From NCBI GenBank assembly GCA_902767845.1, contig CACXIV010000002.1, forward strand, positions 23,177-87,176: a stretch of DNA of 64,000 nucleotides, given 5' to 3'. The position numbers and the translations under genes are program-made. The number at the start of each line of letters is the position of its first letter. Position 1 is the first letter of the stretch. This stretch comes from an uncultured Ruminococcus sp. Its GTDB lineage: Bacteria > Bacillota > Clostridia > Oscillospirales > Acutalibacteraceae. The notes beneath the pieces are model-generated. The model did not search any database. It was not told the origin of the DNA and worked only from the letters and a program-made list of their open reading frames with translations. Shown piece by piece: positions 19,542-29,414 of this stretch.

Positions 19542-22139
19542 ATGAAAAAACGTATTGTTGCCGGTATACTGGCTCATGTCGATTCCGGCAAAACGACCCT
19601 GTCAGAGGCGCTGCTGTACTGCTCGGGCAGTATCAGGCAGCTCGGAAGGGTCGACCGTAAAAACTCATTCCTCGACACCTTCGCCCTTGAGCGGTCGAGA
19701 GGGATCACAATATTTTCAAAGCAGGCGGTTTTCAGCTATAACAACACCGAGTTTTTCCTGCTCGACACCCCCGGGCACGTCGATTTCTCGGCTGAGACCG
19801 AGCGCGCGCTTAGGGTGCTCGACTACGCGATATTGGTTATTAGCGGCACCGACGGCGTTCAGAGCCATACCCAAACGCTCTGGAAGCTGCTCAAAAGGTA
19901 CGGCGTGCCGTGCTTTATCTTCGTCAACAAAATGGATCTTGACGGCGCGGACAAAGACGAGGTCTTAAAACAGCTCCGTCAAAAGCTGAGCGACTTCTGC
20001 GTCGATTTTGAAGAACAGAGCGGCGAGCGGTTTTACGAGAACGCCGCCCTGTGCTCCGACGAGCTTTTGAACGAATACTACGACAGCGGATCGCTGAGCG
20101 ACAAAAGCATTTCCGAAGCGATAAAAAACCGCGTGATCTTCCCCTGTCTGTTCGGCTCCGCGCTAAAGCTTGACGGCGTGGAGGAGTTTCTGCGCTGCGT
20201 CGACCGTTTCGCCGTTCAGCCGGATCACTCGGACGATTTCGGCGCTAAGGTCTACAAGATCGCCGAGGACAGCAAGGGCGCTCGCCTGACCTTTATGAAG
20301 ATAACCGGCGGCACGCTGAACGTCCGCGACGTATTAAAAAGCGACAAAAACATAAACAGCGAAAAGGTCGGGCAGATAAGGATATATTCGGGCGAGAAGT
20401 TCACTCAGGCGGAATCCGCCGGAGCCGGCACTGTATGCGCCGTAACGGGAATAAGCTTTGCCAAACCCGGCGACGGGCTCGGAGCCGAAAAGTCATCTCC
20501 CCTGCCCTTTCTCGAGCCGGTACTCACCTACCGCGCGGAGCTTCCCGAAAGCCTTGACGCGCACACCGCAATGCAGAAGCTAAAGATCCTCGAGAGCGAG
20601 GATCCCACGCTCAACGTCGTGCTCAGCGACCGCGGAGAGATACTTGTCCGGCTCATGGGCGAGATCCAGCTCGAGGTTTTGCAGAGTATAATAAAGGATC
20701 GCTTCGGCTTCGAGATAAATTTCGGTAAAGGAAATATAATTTACAAGGAAACGATAAAAAACACGGTCGAGGGCGTTGGGCATTTCGAGCCCCTGCGCCA
20801 TTACGCCGAGGTTCACCTGATATTAAAGCCTCTCGAGCGCGGCAGCGGACTTGTGTTCAAAACCGACTGCCGCGAGGACAGCCTCGACAAAAACTGGCAG
20901 CGGCTTATACTGACCCATCTTTATGAGAAAACTCACGTCGGCGTGCTGACCGGCTCGCCGATAACCGATATCGAGATCACCCTCGTATCGGGCAGGGCTC
21001 ACACAAAGCACACCGAGGGCGGAGATTTTCGCCAGGCGACCTACCGCGCGGTGCGCCAGGGACTAAGGAGCGCCGAGAGCGTGCTGCTCGAGCCCGTGTT
21101 CGACTTCACCATAGAGCTGCCCTTCGACTGCGTGGGCAGGGCTATGACCGATATCCAGCGCATGAACGGCACCGTAAACCCTCCCGAAGAACAGGACGGC
21201 TGCGCTGTGCTGAGCGGCACCGCTCCCGTGTCCGAGATGCGCGGCTACGCTCAAGAGCTTAGAGGCTACACCGGCGGCAACGGCAGACTTTCATGCTCGC
21301 TAAAGGGCTACGAGCCCTGCCGCGACCCTGACGAAGTCATAGCTGAGTTCGGCTACGACCCCGACGCCGATACCGAAAACCCATGCGACTCGGTATTCTG
21401 CTCCCACGGCGCCGGGCACACCGTAAGGTGGGACAAGGTTCGCGGATACATGCACCTTCCGTCCGCGCTCGAAAGCTCGAAAAAAGCCTCGGAGACCGCC
21501 TACAGCGCCGAGGCGTCTCATCCGCTCGACCGCTATAAAAAGCAAAGCGACATCTTTGCCCTCGACAAAGAGCTCGTCAGGATATTCGAGCAGACCTACG
21601 GCTCGGCAAAGCCGCGAAAAAGCGAGGATGTAAAGCGGCATTTCAAGGCGGAGAACATTCCTCAAAAGTCAAAAAAATACAAAAAGCCCCCTCAGTTCGA
21701 CGGCACCGAATATGTGCTCGTCGACGGCTACAACGTGATATTCTCATGGGAGAAGCTCAAAAAGCTCGGCGAGGGCAGCGTTGACGCCGCGAGAAACGCG
21801 CTGATAAATATCCTTTGCAACTTTCAGGGCTACAGAAAATGCGAGCTCATCCTTGTGTTTGACGCCTACAAGGAGCCCGGCGGACGCGAGATCGAGAAGG
21901 TCAACGGCATAACCATAGTCTACACAAAGGAAGCCGAGACCGCCGATATGTATATAGAAAAGGCGTCTTACAAGCTGTCTAAAAACAACAGGGTGCGCGT
22001 TGTCACCTCCGACGGCATGGAACAGCTTATCATCCTCGGCAACGGCGCGCTGAGAGTCCCCTCAACGGCGTTTTACGACGAGGTAAAGCAGGCTGAGGAC
22101 GAGATCAGGGAGATAATCGAAAACAAAAACACAAATTGA
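19542..22139 (+). CDS. EF-G/TetM-like translational GTPase fused to a C-terminal NYN (YacP/Rae1) RNase domain
   Basis: AHVDSGKTT, DTPGH, NKMD, EF-G domains II-V; C-terminal LVDGYNVI..VFDAY..ETADMYIE..VVTSD. Confidence 0.9.
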   Translation: MKKRIVAGILAHVDSGKTTLSEALLYCSGSIRQLGRVDRKNSFLDTFALERSRGITIFSKQAVFSYNNTEFFLLDTPGHVDFSAETERALRVLDYAILVISGTDGVQSHTQTLWKLLKRYGVPCFIFVNKMDLDGADKDEVLKQLRQKLSDFCVDFEEQSGERFYENAALCSDELLNEYYDSGSLSDKSISEAIKNRVIFPCLFGSALKLDGVEEFLRCVDRFAVQPDHSDDFGAKVYKIAEDSKGARLTFMKITGGTLNVRDVLKSDKNINSEKVGQIRIYSGEKFTQAESAGAGTVCAVTGISFAKPGDGLGAEKSSPLPFLEPVLTYRAELPESLDAHTAMQKLKILESEDPTLNVVLSDRGEILVRLMGEIQLEVLQSIIKDRFGFEINFGKGNIIYKETIKNTVEGVGHFEPLRHYAEVHLILKPLERGSGLVFKTDCREDSLDKNWQRLILTHLYEKTHVGVLTGSPITDIEITLVSGRAHTKHTEGGDFRQATYRAVRQGLRSAESVLLEPVFDFTIELPFDCVGRAMTDIQRMNGTVNPPEEQDGCAVLSGTAPVSEMRGYAQELRGYTGGNGRLSCSLKGYEPCRDPDEVIAEFGYDPDADTENPCDSVFCSHGAGHTVRWDKVRGYMHLPSALESSKKASETAYSAEASHPLDRYKKQSDIFALDKELVRIFEQTYGSAKPRKSEDVKRHFKAENIPQKSKKYKKPPQFDGTEYVLVDGYNVIFSWEKLKKLGEGSVDAARNALINILCNFQGYRKCELILVFDAYKEPGGREIEKVNGITIVYTKEAETADMYIEKASYKLSKNNRVRVVTSDGMEQLIILGNGALRVPSTAFYDEVKQAEDEIREIIENKNTN

Positions 22140-22248
22140 CATAATAAGAGCTTCGAGCCGAATTTTTTCACTTTCGCCTTGATTTAATCCGTTTTGTTTG
22201 CTATAATCAAATTGTACAAAAAAATTCATATATAAGGAGGACAAGACA

Positions 22249-24039
22249 ATGCAAATCACAAATGATATTCGGTATATCGGCGTAAACGACCACAAGATCG
22301 ACCTTTTTGAGGGTCAGTATGACGTGCCCAACGGCATGGCGTACAACTCGTACGTTATCCTCGACGAAAAGATCGCGGTAATGGACACGGTCGACCGCAA
22401 TTTCAAGCACGAGTGGCTCAACAACCTTGAGGACGCTCTCGGCGGCAAAAAGCCCGATTACCTTATCGTTCAGCACATGGAACCGGATCACAGCGCTAAC
22501 ATCAAAAACTTTATGGACACCTATCCCGAGGCTCGGATTGTTTCATCAACAAAGGCGTTTGTTATGATGAAAAACTTTTTCGGCACTGCGTTTGAGGACA
22601 GGCAGGTCGTCGTCAAGGAGGGCGATTCGCTTGAATTAGGCGCTCACACGCTCAGCTTTGTAGGCGCCCCGATGGTTCACTGGCCCGAGGTCATCGTAAC
22701 CTACGACAGCAAGGACAAGGTGCTTTTCTCAGCCGACGGCTTCGGCAAGTTCGGCGCGCTCGACGTTGACGAGGACTGGGCGTGCGAGGCAAGGCGTTAC
22801 TATATCGGCATAGTCGGCAAATACGGCGCTCAGGTTCAGAACCTTCTCAAAAAGGCCGCCGGACTCGATATCGAGATCATCTGTCCGCTCCACGGTCCCA
22901 TACTCACAGAAAACCTCGGCTATTACCTCGGACTCTACAACACATGGTCGTCTTATTCGGTAGAGAGCGACGGCATTATGATCGCCTACACCTCGGTTTA
23001 CGGCAACACCAAGAACGCCGTAATGCAGCTTGTCGAAAAGCTCAAGACTAAAGGCTGCCCGAAGGTAGTAGTCAACGACCTCGCCCGCGAGGATATGGCG
23101 GAGTGCGTAGAGGACGCGTTCCGCTACGGCAGGATCGTGCTCGCCACCACCACCTACAACGCCGAGATATTCCCCTTCATGCGCGAGTTCATCAACCACC
23201 TTACCGAGCGCAATTTCCAAAACAAGACCATCGGTCTGATCGAAAACGGCTCATGGGCTCCGCTCGCGGCAAAGACAATGAAAAAAATGCTCGAGGGCTG
23301 CAAGAACATCACCTATACCGATACGACCGTAAAGATCATGTCCGCGCTCAACGAGGAGAGCAGCGCCCAGCTTGAAGCGCTTGCCGACGAGCTCTGCATG
23401 GACTACATGGCTCAAAACGGCGACACAGCCGACAAAAACGACCTCACCGCGCTGTTCAATATCGGCTACGGCCTGTATGTAGTCACCTCGAACGACGGCA
23501 AAAAGGACAACGGCCTTATCGTCAACACCGTTACTCAGGTAACAAATTCACCCAACAGGGTCGCGGTCTGCATCAACAAGCAGAACTATTCGCACCATGT
23601 TATCAAGCAGACGGGTATTATGAACGTCAACTGCCTGTCGGTAGAGGCTCCGTTCAGCGTGTTTGAGAACTTCGGCTTCCAAAGCGGAAGAAACGTAGAT
23701 AAGTTCAAGGACTGCGAGCCGCTCAAGTCCGACAACGGCCTTGTGTTCCTCCCCCACTACATCAACTCCTTCATGTCGCTCAAGGTCGAGCAGTACATCG
23801 ACCTCGACACCCACGGAATGTTCATCTGCGAGGTAACAGAGGCGAGAGTCATCTCCGACAAGGAGACCATGACCTACACCTATTACCAGAACAACGTCAA
23901 GCCCAAGCCTCAGACAGACGGCAAAAAGGGCTGGGTCTGCAAGGTATGCGGATATATCTACGAGGGCGAGGAGCTGCCCGATGACTTTATCTGTCCGCTC
24001 TGCAAGCACGGTGTAGCGGATTTTGAACCGATAGAGTAA
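22249..24039 (+). CDS. Flavodiiron protein with C-terminal flavin-reductase and short rubredoxin domains
   Basis: HMEPDH, HWPE, SADGFG, PLHGP; flavodoxin TSVYGNT; IGYGLYVV..DTHGMFICEV; CKVC..CPLC. Confidence 0.9.
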   Translation: MQITNDIRYIGVNDHKIDLFEGQYDVPNGMAYNSYVILDEKIAVMDTVDRNFKHEWLNNLEDALGGKKPDYLIVQHMEPDHSANIKNFMDTYPEARIVSSTKAFVMMKNFFGTAFEDRQVVVKEGDSLELGAHTLSFVGAPMVHWPEVIVTYDSKDKVLFSADGFGKFGALDVDEDWACEARRYYIGIVGKYGAQVQNLLKKAAGLDIEIICPLHGPILTENLGYYLGLYNTWSSYSVESDGIMIAYTSVYGNTKNAVMQLVEKLKTKGCPKVVVNDLAREDMAECVEDAFRYGRIVLATTTYNAEIFPFMREFINHLTERNFQNKTIGLIENGSWAPLAAKTMKKMLEGCKNITYTDTTVKIMSALNEESSAQLEALADELCMDYMAQNGDTADKNDLTALFNIGYGLYVVTSNDGKKDNGLIVNTVTQVTNSPNRVAVCINKQNYSHHVIKQTGIMNVNCLSVEAPFSVFENFGFQSGRNVDKFKDCEPLKSDNGLVFLPHYINSFMSLKVEQYIDLDTHGMFICEVTEARVISDKETMTYTYYQNNVKPKPQTDGKKGWVCKVCGYIYEGEELPDDFICPLCKHGVADFEPIE

Positions 24040-24070
24040 GTCTTATCCAAACGCTCAAAAATCAATATTC

Positions 24071-24104
24071 AGCCGCTGACAAAACGTCGGCGGCTTTGTT
24101 TTTT
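24071..24104 (+). terminator. Intrinsic terminator after flavodiiron gene
   Basis: AGCCGCTGAC-AAAAC-GTCGGCGGCT plus TTGTTTTTT. Confidence 0.75.
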
Positions 24105-24285
24105 GCCTGAAAGAATAAAGCGCCGTTCCGCTTTAGTGATTTAAAACAAACAAGCGTTAAAGTTTAAGTGCAATTTTAACAAAGATATTATCTATAGTGT
24201 TATTTTGCTTGACAAATCAGTTAAAAAGTGCGATATTTATATAGCTGTTTAATTAGTAAGACTATATTTTGAAAAGGAAGATTAT

Positions 24286-25938
24286 ATGCCAATCACCGAA
24301 TTACTCACCAGAAACGCCACCTATTTCAAGGACGACGTTGCTCTGGTAGAGATCAACCCGGACGTAAAAAACGTTCCGCACGTAACCTGGCGCGAGTTCT
24401 CGCTGATCGAGTCGGCTCGCGGCGGCGCGTTCAGAAAGCAGATCACCTGGGGCGAGTTTGACGTAAAGGCCAACCGCTTTGCCAACCTGCTTTTGTCGCG
24501 CGGAGTAAAAAAGGGCGAAAAGGTAGCGATTTTGCTCATGAACTGCCTCGACTGGCTGCCGATCTACTTCGGCATACTCAAATCGGGCGCGGTCGCCGTT
24601 CCGCTCAACTACCGCTACACCGCCGAGGAGATCAAATACTGCATCGAGCAGAGCGACTCCGATTTTCTTATCTTCGGACCCGAGTTCATCGGGCGCGTCG
24701 AGGAGATCCACGACAGGATCCCCAGGCTGAAGGACTGCTTCTACGTGGGCGACGAATGTCCGTCGTTTGCGGACAGCTATGAGGAGATGATCTCCTACTG
24801 CTCAAGCCACGCCCCGAGCGTTTATATCACCGACGAGGACGACGGCGCCATCTACTTCTCATCCGGCACCACCGGATTCCCCAAGGCGATCCTTCACGCC
24901 CACAAGAGCCTTGTACACTCGGCAAAGGTCGAGCAGGCTCACCACAACCAGCAAAAGGACGACGTGTTCCTCTGCATCCCTCCGCTCTACCACACCGGCG
25001 CAAAAATGCACTGGTTCGGAAGCCTTTATTCCGCGAGCAAGGCGGTGCTTTTGCGCGGCGTCAGCCCCGAATGGATAATCCGCTGCGTCAGCGAGGAGCG
25101 CTGCACGATAGTATGGCTGCTCGTTCCGTGGGCGCAGGATATTCTTGACGCCATCGACAGCGGCAAGATCGACCTCAACAACTACGAGCTTTCTCAGTGG
25201 AGGCTTATGCACATCGGCGCTCAGCCCGTGCCGCCCACGCTGATAAAGCGCTGGAAGGCGATCTTCCCCAACCACGACTACGACACCAACTACGGCCTGA
25301 GCGAGTCTATCGGACCCGGCTGCGTACACCTCGGCGTTGAAAACACCCACAAGGTCGGCGCGATCGGTATTCCCGGCTACGGCTGGGAGGTAAAGATCGT
25401 CGATTCCGACCGCAAGGCCATACAGAGCGGCGTCGGAGAGCTCGCCGTAAAGGGTCCCGGCGTTATGAAGTGCTACTACAAGGACGCCAAGGCGACCGAC
25501 GAGGTGCTCGACAGCGAGGGCTGGCTTTACACCGGCGACATGGCCGAGCGCGACAAAGACGGCTTCATCTACCTTGTAGACCGCAAAAAGGACGTTATTA
25601 TCACCGGCGGCGAGAATATCTACCCGGTTCAGATCGAGGACTTCCTGCGCTCGAACAACGCCATCAAGGACGTCGCGGTGATCGGACTTCCCGACCCCAG
25701 ACTCGGCGAGATAGCTACCGCGATTATCGAGGTCAAGGAGGGCTGCGAGCTGAGCGAGGACGAGGTAAACAGCTTCTGCCTCGACCTTCCCAGATACAAG
25801 CGCCCGAGAAAGATCATCTTCGCGGACGTTCCGCGCAACCCGACCGGCAAGATCGAAAAGCCCGTCCTGCGCAAAAAATACTGCGGCGAAAGCGTTGTCG
25901 CCCAGCAAAACGAGATCAGTTCGGCGGAGCTGAACTGA
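24286..25938 (+). CDS. Class I adenylate-forming enzyme (acyl/aryl-CoA ligase)
   Basis: FSSGTTGFPK, NYGLSE, YTGD, DRKKD, RNPTGK. Confidence 0.92.
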   Translation: MPITELLTRNATYFKDDVALVEINPDVKNVPHVTWREFSLIESARGGAFRKQITWGEFDVKANRFANLLLSRGVKKGEKVAILLMNCLDWLPIYFGILKSGAVAVPLNYRYTAEEIKYCIEQSDSDFLIFGPEFIGRVEEIHDRIPRLKDCFYVGDECPSFADSYEEMISYCSSHAPSVYITDEDDGAIYFSSGTTGFPKAILHAHKSLVHSAKVEQAHHNQQKDDVFLCIPPLYHTGAKMHWFGSLYSASKAVLLRGVSPEWIIRCVSEERCTIVWLLVPWAQDILDAIDSGKIDLNNYELSQWRLMHIGAQPVPPTLIKRWKAIFPNHDYDTNYGLSESIGPGCVHLGVENTHKVGAIGIPGYGWEVKIVDSDRKAIQSGVGELAVKGPGVMKCYYKDAKATDEVLDSEGWLYTGDMAERDKDGFIYLVDRKKDVIITGGENIYPVQIEDFLRSNNAIKDVAVIGLPDPRLGEIATAIIEVKEGCELSEDEVNSFCLDLPRYKRPRKIIFADVPRNPTGKIEKPVLRKKYCGESVVAQQNEISSAELN

Positions 25939-25977
25939 CCGGATGTTTTATTCACAATCAATGGGGGTACATAATAT

Positions 25978-27567
25978 ATGTTTGATATAGTAATAAAAAT
26001 CGTTATGCTCGTGCTGTTCTTCGGCGTAATGGTCGGCGTCGGCATCTACTGCCGCAAAAACGCCACGGACGTCAACGGCTTCGTGCTCGGAGGCAGAAGC
26101 GTAGGACCGTGGCTCACGGCGTTCGCCTACGGAACGTCATACTTTTCAGCGGTAATCTTTATCGGCTACGCGGGACAGTTCGGCTGGAAGTTCGGCATAG
26201 CGTCCACATGGATCGGCATAGGCAACGCGCTGATCGGCTCGCTGATGGCGTGGGCGATCCTCGGAAGAAGAACGAGGATCATGACCCAGCACCTCAACTC
26301 CGCCACCATGCCCGAATTTTTCGGCAAGCGGTTTGACAGCAGAGGACTCAAGCTCGGCGCCTCGATCATCACTTTTATCTTTTTGATTCCCTACACCGCT
26401 TCGCTGTACAACGGACTTTCGCGCCTGTTCAACATGGCGTTCGGCATCCCGTACATCTGGTGTATCATAATCATGTCGGTGCTCACGGGCATCTACGTTA
26501 TCGCGGGCGGATACATGGCTACCGCGATCAACGACTTTATCCAGGGCTTGATAATGCTCATCGGAATAGTCGCGGTTATCGCCGCAGTGCTTGTTTCCAA
26601 GGGCGGTCTGATGTCCGCTCTCGAGGGACTCAGCAAGGTACCTGCCGACGGAGGCTCAACAATAAACGGCGTATACAACTCCTTCTTCGGACCCGATCCG
26701 CTCGGACTGCTCGGAGTTGTTATACTCACCTCGCTCGGCACATGGGGACTTCCTCAGATGGTTCAGAAATTCTACGCCATCAAGCATGAGAAGGACATCC
26801 GCAAGGGTACAGTCATCTCCACGGTGTTCGCCATCATCGTTGCAGGCGGCTGCTACTTCCTCGGAGGCTTCGGCAGACTGTTCGGCGACGTGGTCGAGAA
26901 AAACCCCGACGGCTCGGTGGTTTACGACTCGATCGTTCCCAAAATGCTCGAGAACCTGCCCGCGCTTTTGATCGCGGTCGTAGTTATCCTCGTGCTCTCG
27001 GCTTCGATGTCGACCCTCTCCTCTCTGGTAATCACCTCGTCCTCGACGCTGACGATCGACCTTATCAAAGGCACCTTTGTCAAGGACATGAAGGAGAAAA
27101 AGCAGGTTCTTCTTATCCGTATTTTCATCGTGGTATTCATCGCGATCTCCGCGTTCATAGCGATCTATCAGGTCAGCAACCAGAACGCGAGCGTCAAGTT
27201 CATCGCTCAGCTTATGGGCGTTTCGTGGGGCGCGCTGGCAGGAGCATTCCTCGCTCCGTTCCTCTACGGTCTTTACTGGAAGAAAACCACAAAGGCCGCG
27301 TGCTGGGCAAGCTTCATCTTCGGCGTAGGCATAATGCTGTTCACGCTGGCGATCATGGTGTTCAAGCTCTTCCCCGACAACAACGGCTTCTTTATGCAGA
27401 TCATCAAAAGCCCGATCAACTGCGGCGCGTTCGCAATGATCGCAGGACTTATCATCGTTCCGGTCGTAAGTCTTTTGACTCCGAAGCCCAAAAAGGAAAT
27501 GGTAGAGGAAGCGTTTGCCTGCTACGAAAAGAAGGTTCCCGCTTCTCAGAAAAACTCGCTTGACTAA
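25978..27567 (+). CDS. Sodium:solute symporter (SSS family)
   Basis: ~13 TM; LGGRSVGPW, TMPEFFGKRF, SASMSTLSS. Confidence 0.92.
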   Translation: MFDIVIKIVMLVLFFGVMVGVGIYCRKNATDVNGFVLGGRSVGPWLTAFAYGTSYFSAVIFIGYAGQFGWKFGIASTWIGIGNALIGSLMAWAILGRRTRIMTQHLNSATMPEFFGKRFDSRGLKLGASIITFIFLIPYTASLYNGLSRLFNMAFGIPYIWCIIIMSVLTGIYVIAGGYMATAINDFIQGLIMLIGIVAVIAAVLVSKGGLMSALEGLSKVPADGGSTINGVYNSFFGPDPLGLLGVVILTSLGTWGLPQMVQKFYAIKHEKDIRKGTVISTVFAIIVAGGCYFLGGFGRLFGDVVEKNPDGSVVYDSIVPKMLENLPALLIAVVVILVLSASMSTLSSLVITSSSTLTIDLIKGTFVKDMKEKKQVLLIRIFIVVFIAISAFIAIYQVSNQNASVKFIAQLMGVSWGALAGAFLAPFLYGLYWKKTTKAACWASFIFGVGIMLFTLAIMVFKLFPDNNGFFMQIIKSPINCGAFAMIAGLIIVPVVSLLTPKPKKEMVEEAFACYEKKVPASQKNSLD

Positions 27568-27588
27568 AACCTAAACGAAAAAATTAAA

Positions 27589-27621
27589 GACGCCGTTCGG
27601 AAAATGCTCTGAACGGCGTCT
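27589..27621. terminator. Bidirectional terminator between symporter and GT2
   Basis: GACGCCGTTCGG..CTGAACGGCGTC hairpin flanked by A/T runs. Confidence 0.7.
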
Positions 27622-28325
27622 TATTTATTTACCCTTTTGCCGGCGCTGCGGAATATCACCCGGTAGATACGCTGCGCGTCGTACCATGTGCGAAAGTGCG
27701 AGGAGCTGTTGTCCCCGATATAAACAGCCATGATCCTGACCTCCTTTATCGGGACTCCCCTGCGCGTAAGCTCGATCATCACACGCGTTTCGTACTCGTA
27801 GCGCTCGCCGGGGATCTCGCACATCAGATCGATCAGCGAGCTGTCAAAGGCTCTCAGTCCGCTCTGGGTGTCGTACACCTTTACCGGCGTCAGCGCGTGA
27901 AGCACCTTCCTTGTGATGAAGTTGCCGCTGCGCGAGCGGATCGGAGCGTCGCTTCCGAGCCTGCGGCTGCCGATAATGAGCGTTCCGGGATTGCTTTTGG
28001 CGGCTCTGGCTACGGTCAGGATATTGCCCGTTTCGTGCTGACCGTCCGCGTCAACGGTCGCCACAACATAGGGCGGAGTAAAATTGCGGCGCACATAATC
28101 AAACCCCGTTTTGAGCGCGCTGCCCTTGCCGAGATTCCTTTTATGCGTTAAGATCATGTCCGCCTCCGAGGCGCTTTCAAAGACTTTGCTGAACCCGGGA
28201 TCGCTGCCGTCGTTTACCACTATCACAGTGAAGCCGTGGAGCTTTAGCGAGTCAATGACCTCGAGAAGCTTTGAGTCGGGATTGTACGCGGGGATCACCG
28301 CGATTTTTGACGCGTTTGTCTGCAT
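27621..28325 (-). CDS. Glycosyltransferase family 2 (DPM1/GtrB-like)
   Basis: VIPAYNP, VNDGS, NLGKGSALK, DADGQH, DTQSGLR. Confidence 0.9.
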   Translation of the reverse strand: MQTNASKIAVIPAYNPDSKLLEVIDSLKLHGFTVIVVNDGSDPGFSKVFESASEADMILTHKRNLGKGSALKTGFDYVRRNFTPPYVVATVDADGQHETGNILTVARAAKSNPGTLIIGSRRLGSDAPIRSRSGNFITRKVLHALTPVKVYDTQSGLRAFDSSLIDLMCEIPGERYEYETRVMIELTRRGVPIKEVRIMAVYIGDNSSSHFRTWYDAQRIYRVIFRSAGKRVNK

Positions 28326-28334
28326 TGATACTCC

Positions 28335-29261
28335 TTATTTTTTGGCGGGTCTTGAGTTGCGTTCCCAAAAAACGCCGTCCTCAAAGCCCTGTATCCTCTT
28401 GTCTTTTTCTGCGAGTTCGAGCCGTTTTTCAGCCCATACGCAGTATTGCTCGTTCTGCTCGATACCGACGTAACGCCTGCCGAGCTTTTTTGCCGTGACC
28501 GAGACCGACCCCGAACCCACAAACGGGTCGAATACGATATCGCCCTCGTTAGAGCTCGCCAAAATCAGCTTAGCGAGCAGCTTTTCGGGCTTTTGGGTGG
28601 GATGGGCGGTGTTCTCGGGCATCGACCAATAAGGGACAGATATATCGTCCCAAAAGTTTGACGCGCAGGTGTTGCGGAAATTGCCGTTTTCGGTCTCCTC
28701 CCAATCCTTGGGGACTCCGCCGCTGCGGTACGGCGCTATCACCCTTCGCCTCTGCTTTACGGCGTCGGGGTTGAAGGTGTAGCGCGCAGACTTTGAGACA
28801 AACCAGATGTCCTCCATCGAGTTCTTCCAGTTCGATTTGGCTCCCCTGCCCTTTTCGCGCTGCCATGTGATACGGTTCAGCACCCTGAAACGCTTTTGCA
28901 GAAGTCCGCCGATGACCATGCCCGACCGCCAGTCGCAGCACACATACATCGAGCCGTTCGGCTTTAGCAGCGGTTCCACTTCGTCGAGCCACCGCTCGGT
29001 ATAGCGCGAGTACGCCTCGTCGTCGGAGCTTTTGAAGAAATTGCCGTTGAAATCCTTGTCGAGATTATACGGCGGATCGACTATTACAAGGTCGGCAAAG
29101 CTCCTCGGCAGAAGCGGCATCACCCGAAACGTGTCGCCGATTATGGTTTTATCTGTGATATCGGACAATTCGGCAGGCTTTGATACCGAGATACAGCGTT
29201 CAAGGTACTCCCTGCCCTCCTCAGCCGATATGTTTATTGTTTTATTGCGCGGAGATTTCAT
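28335..29261 (-). CDS. Orphan beta-class N4-C/N6-A DNA methyltransferase
   Basis: DPPY catalytic motif precedes HPTQKP and DPFVGSG SAM-binding motif; ATG 29261 with SD AAGGAG. Confidence 0.9.
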   Translation of the reverse strand: MKSPRNKTINISAEEGREYLERCISVSKPAELSDITDKTIIGDTFRVMPLLPRSFADLVIVDPPYNLDKDFNGNFFKSSDDEAYSRYTERWLDEVEPLLKPNGSMYVCCDWRSGMVIGGLLQKRFRVLNRITWQREKGRGAKSNWKNSMEDIWFVSKSARYTFNPDAVKQRRRVIAPYRSGGVPKDWEETENGNFRNTCASNFWDDISVPYWSMPENTAHPTQKPEKLLAKLILASSNEGDIVFDPFVGSGSVSVTAKKLGRRYVGIEQNEQYCVWAEKRLELAEKDKRIQGFEDGVFWERNSRPAKK

Positions 29262-29414
29262 ACGCTCTCCTTGATCTTTTTGATGTTTTCTGTATTTGTG
29301 CAAATTTATTCTACCACAAATTTTATCGGTTTTCAATGGGTAAAGCGCCTGTGCGCCCTTTTCGCAGGCTTTTGCAGTAAAAAAGGCTGCCGCGTGCCGC
29401 GACAGCCCTAATTT

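Noticed and set aside
19542-22139. Tetracycline ribosomal protection gene (tetM/tetW)
   Set aside because: Lacks the YSPVST loop, carries an extra NYN domain, and has no mobile-element context
22212-22230. Rex operator before the flavodiiron gene
   Set aside because: TTGTACAAAAAAATTCAT has too many mismatches to TTGTGAA-N4-TTCACAA
24859-25908. 349-aa minus-strand ORF (likewise 52587-53381, 2337-3113 and many shorter ones)
   Set aside because: Antisense shadows of well-supported genes
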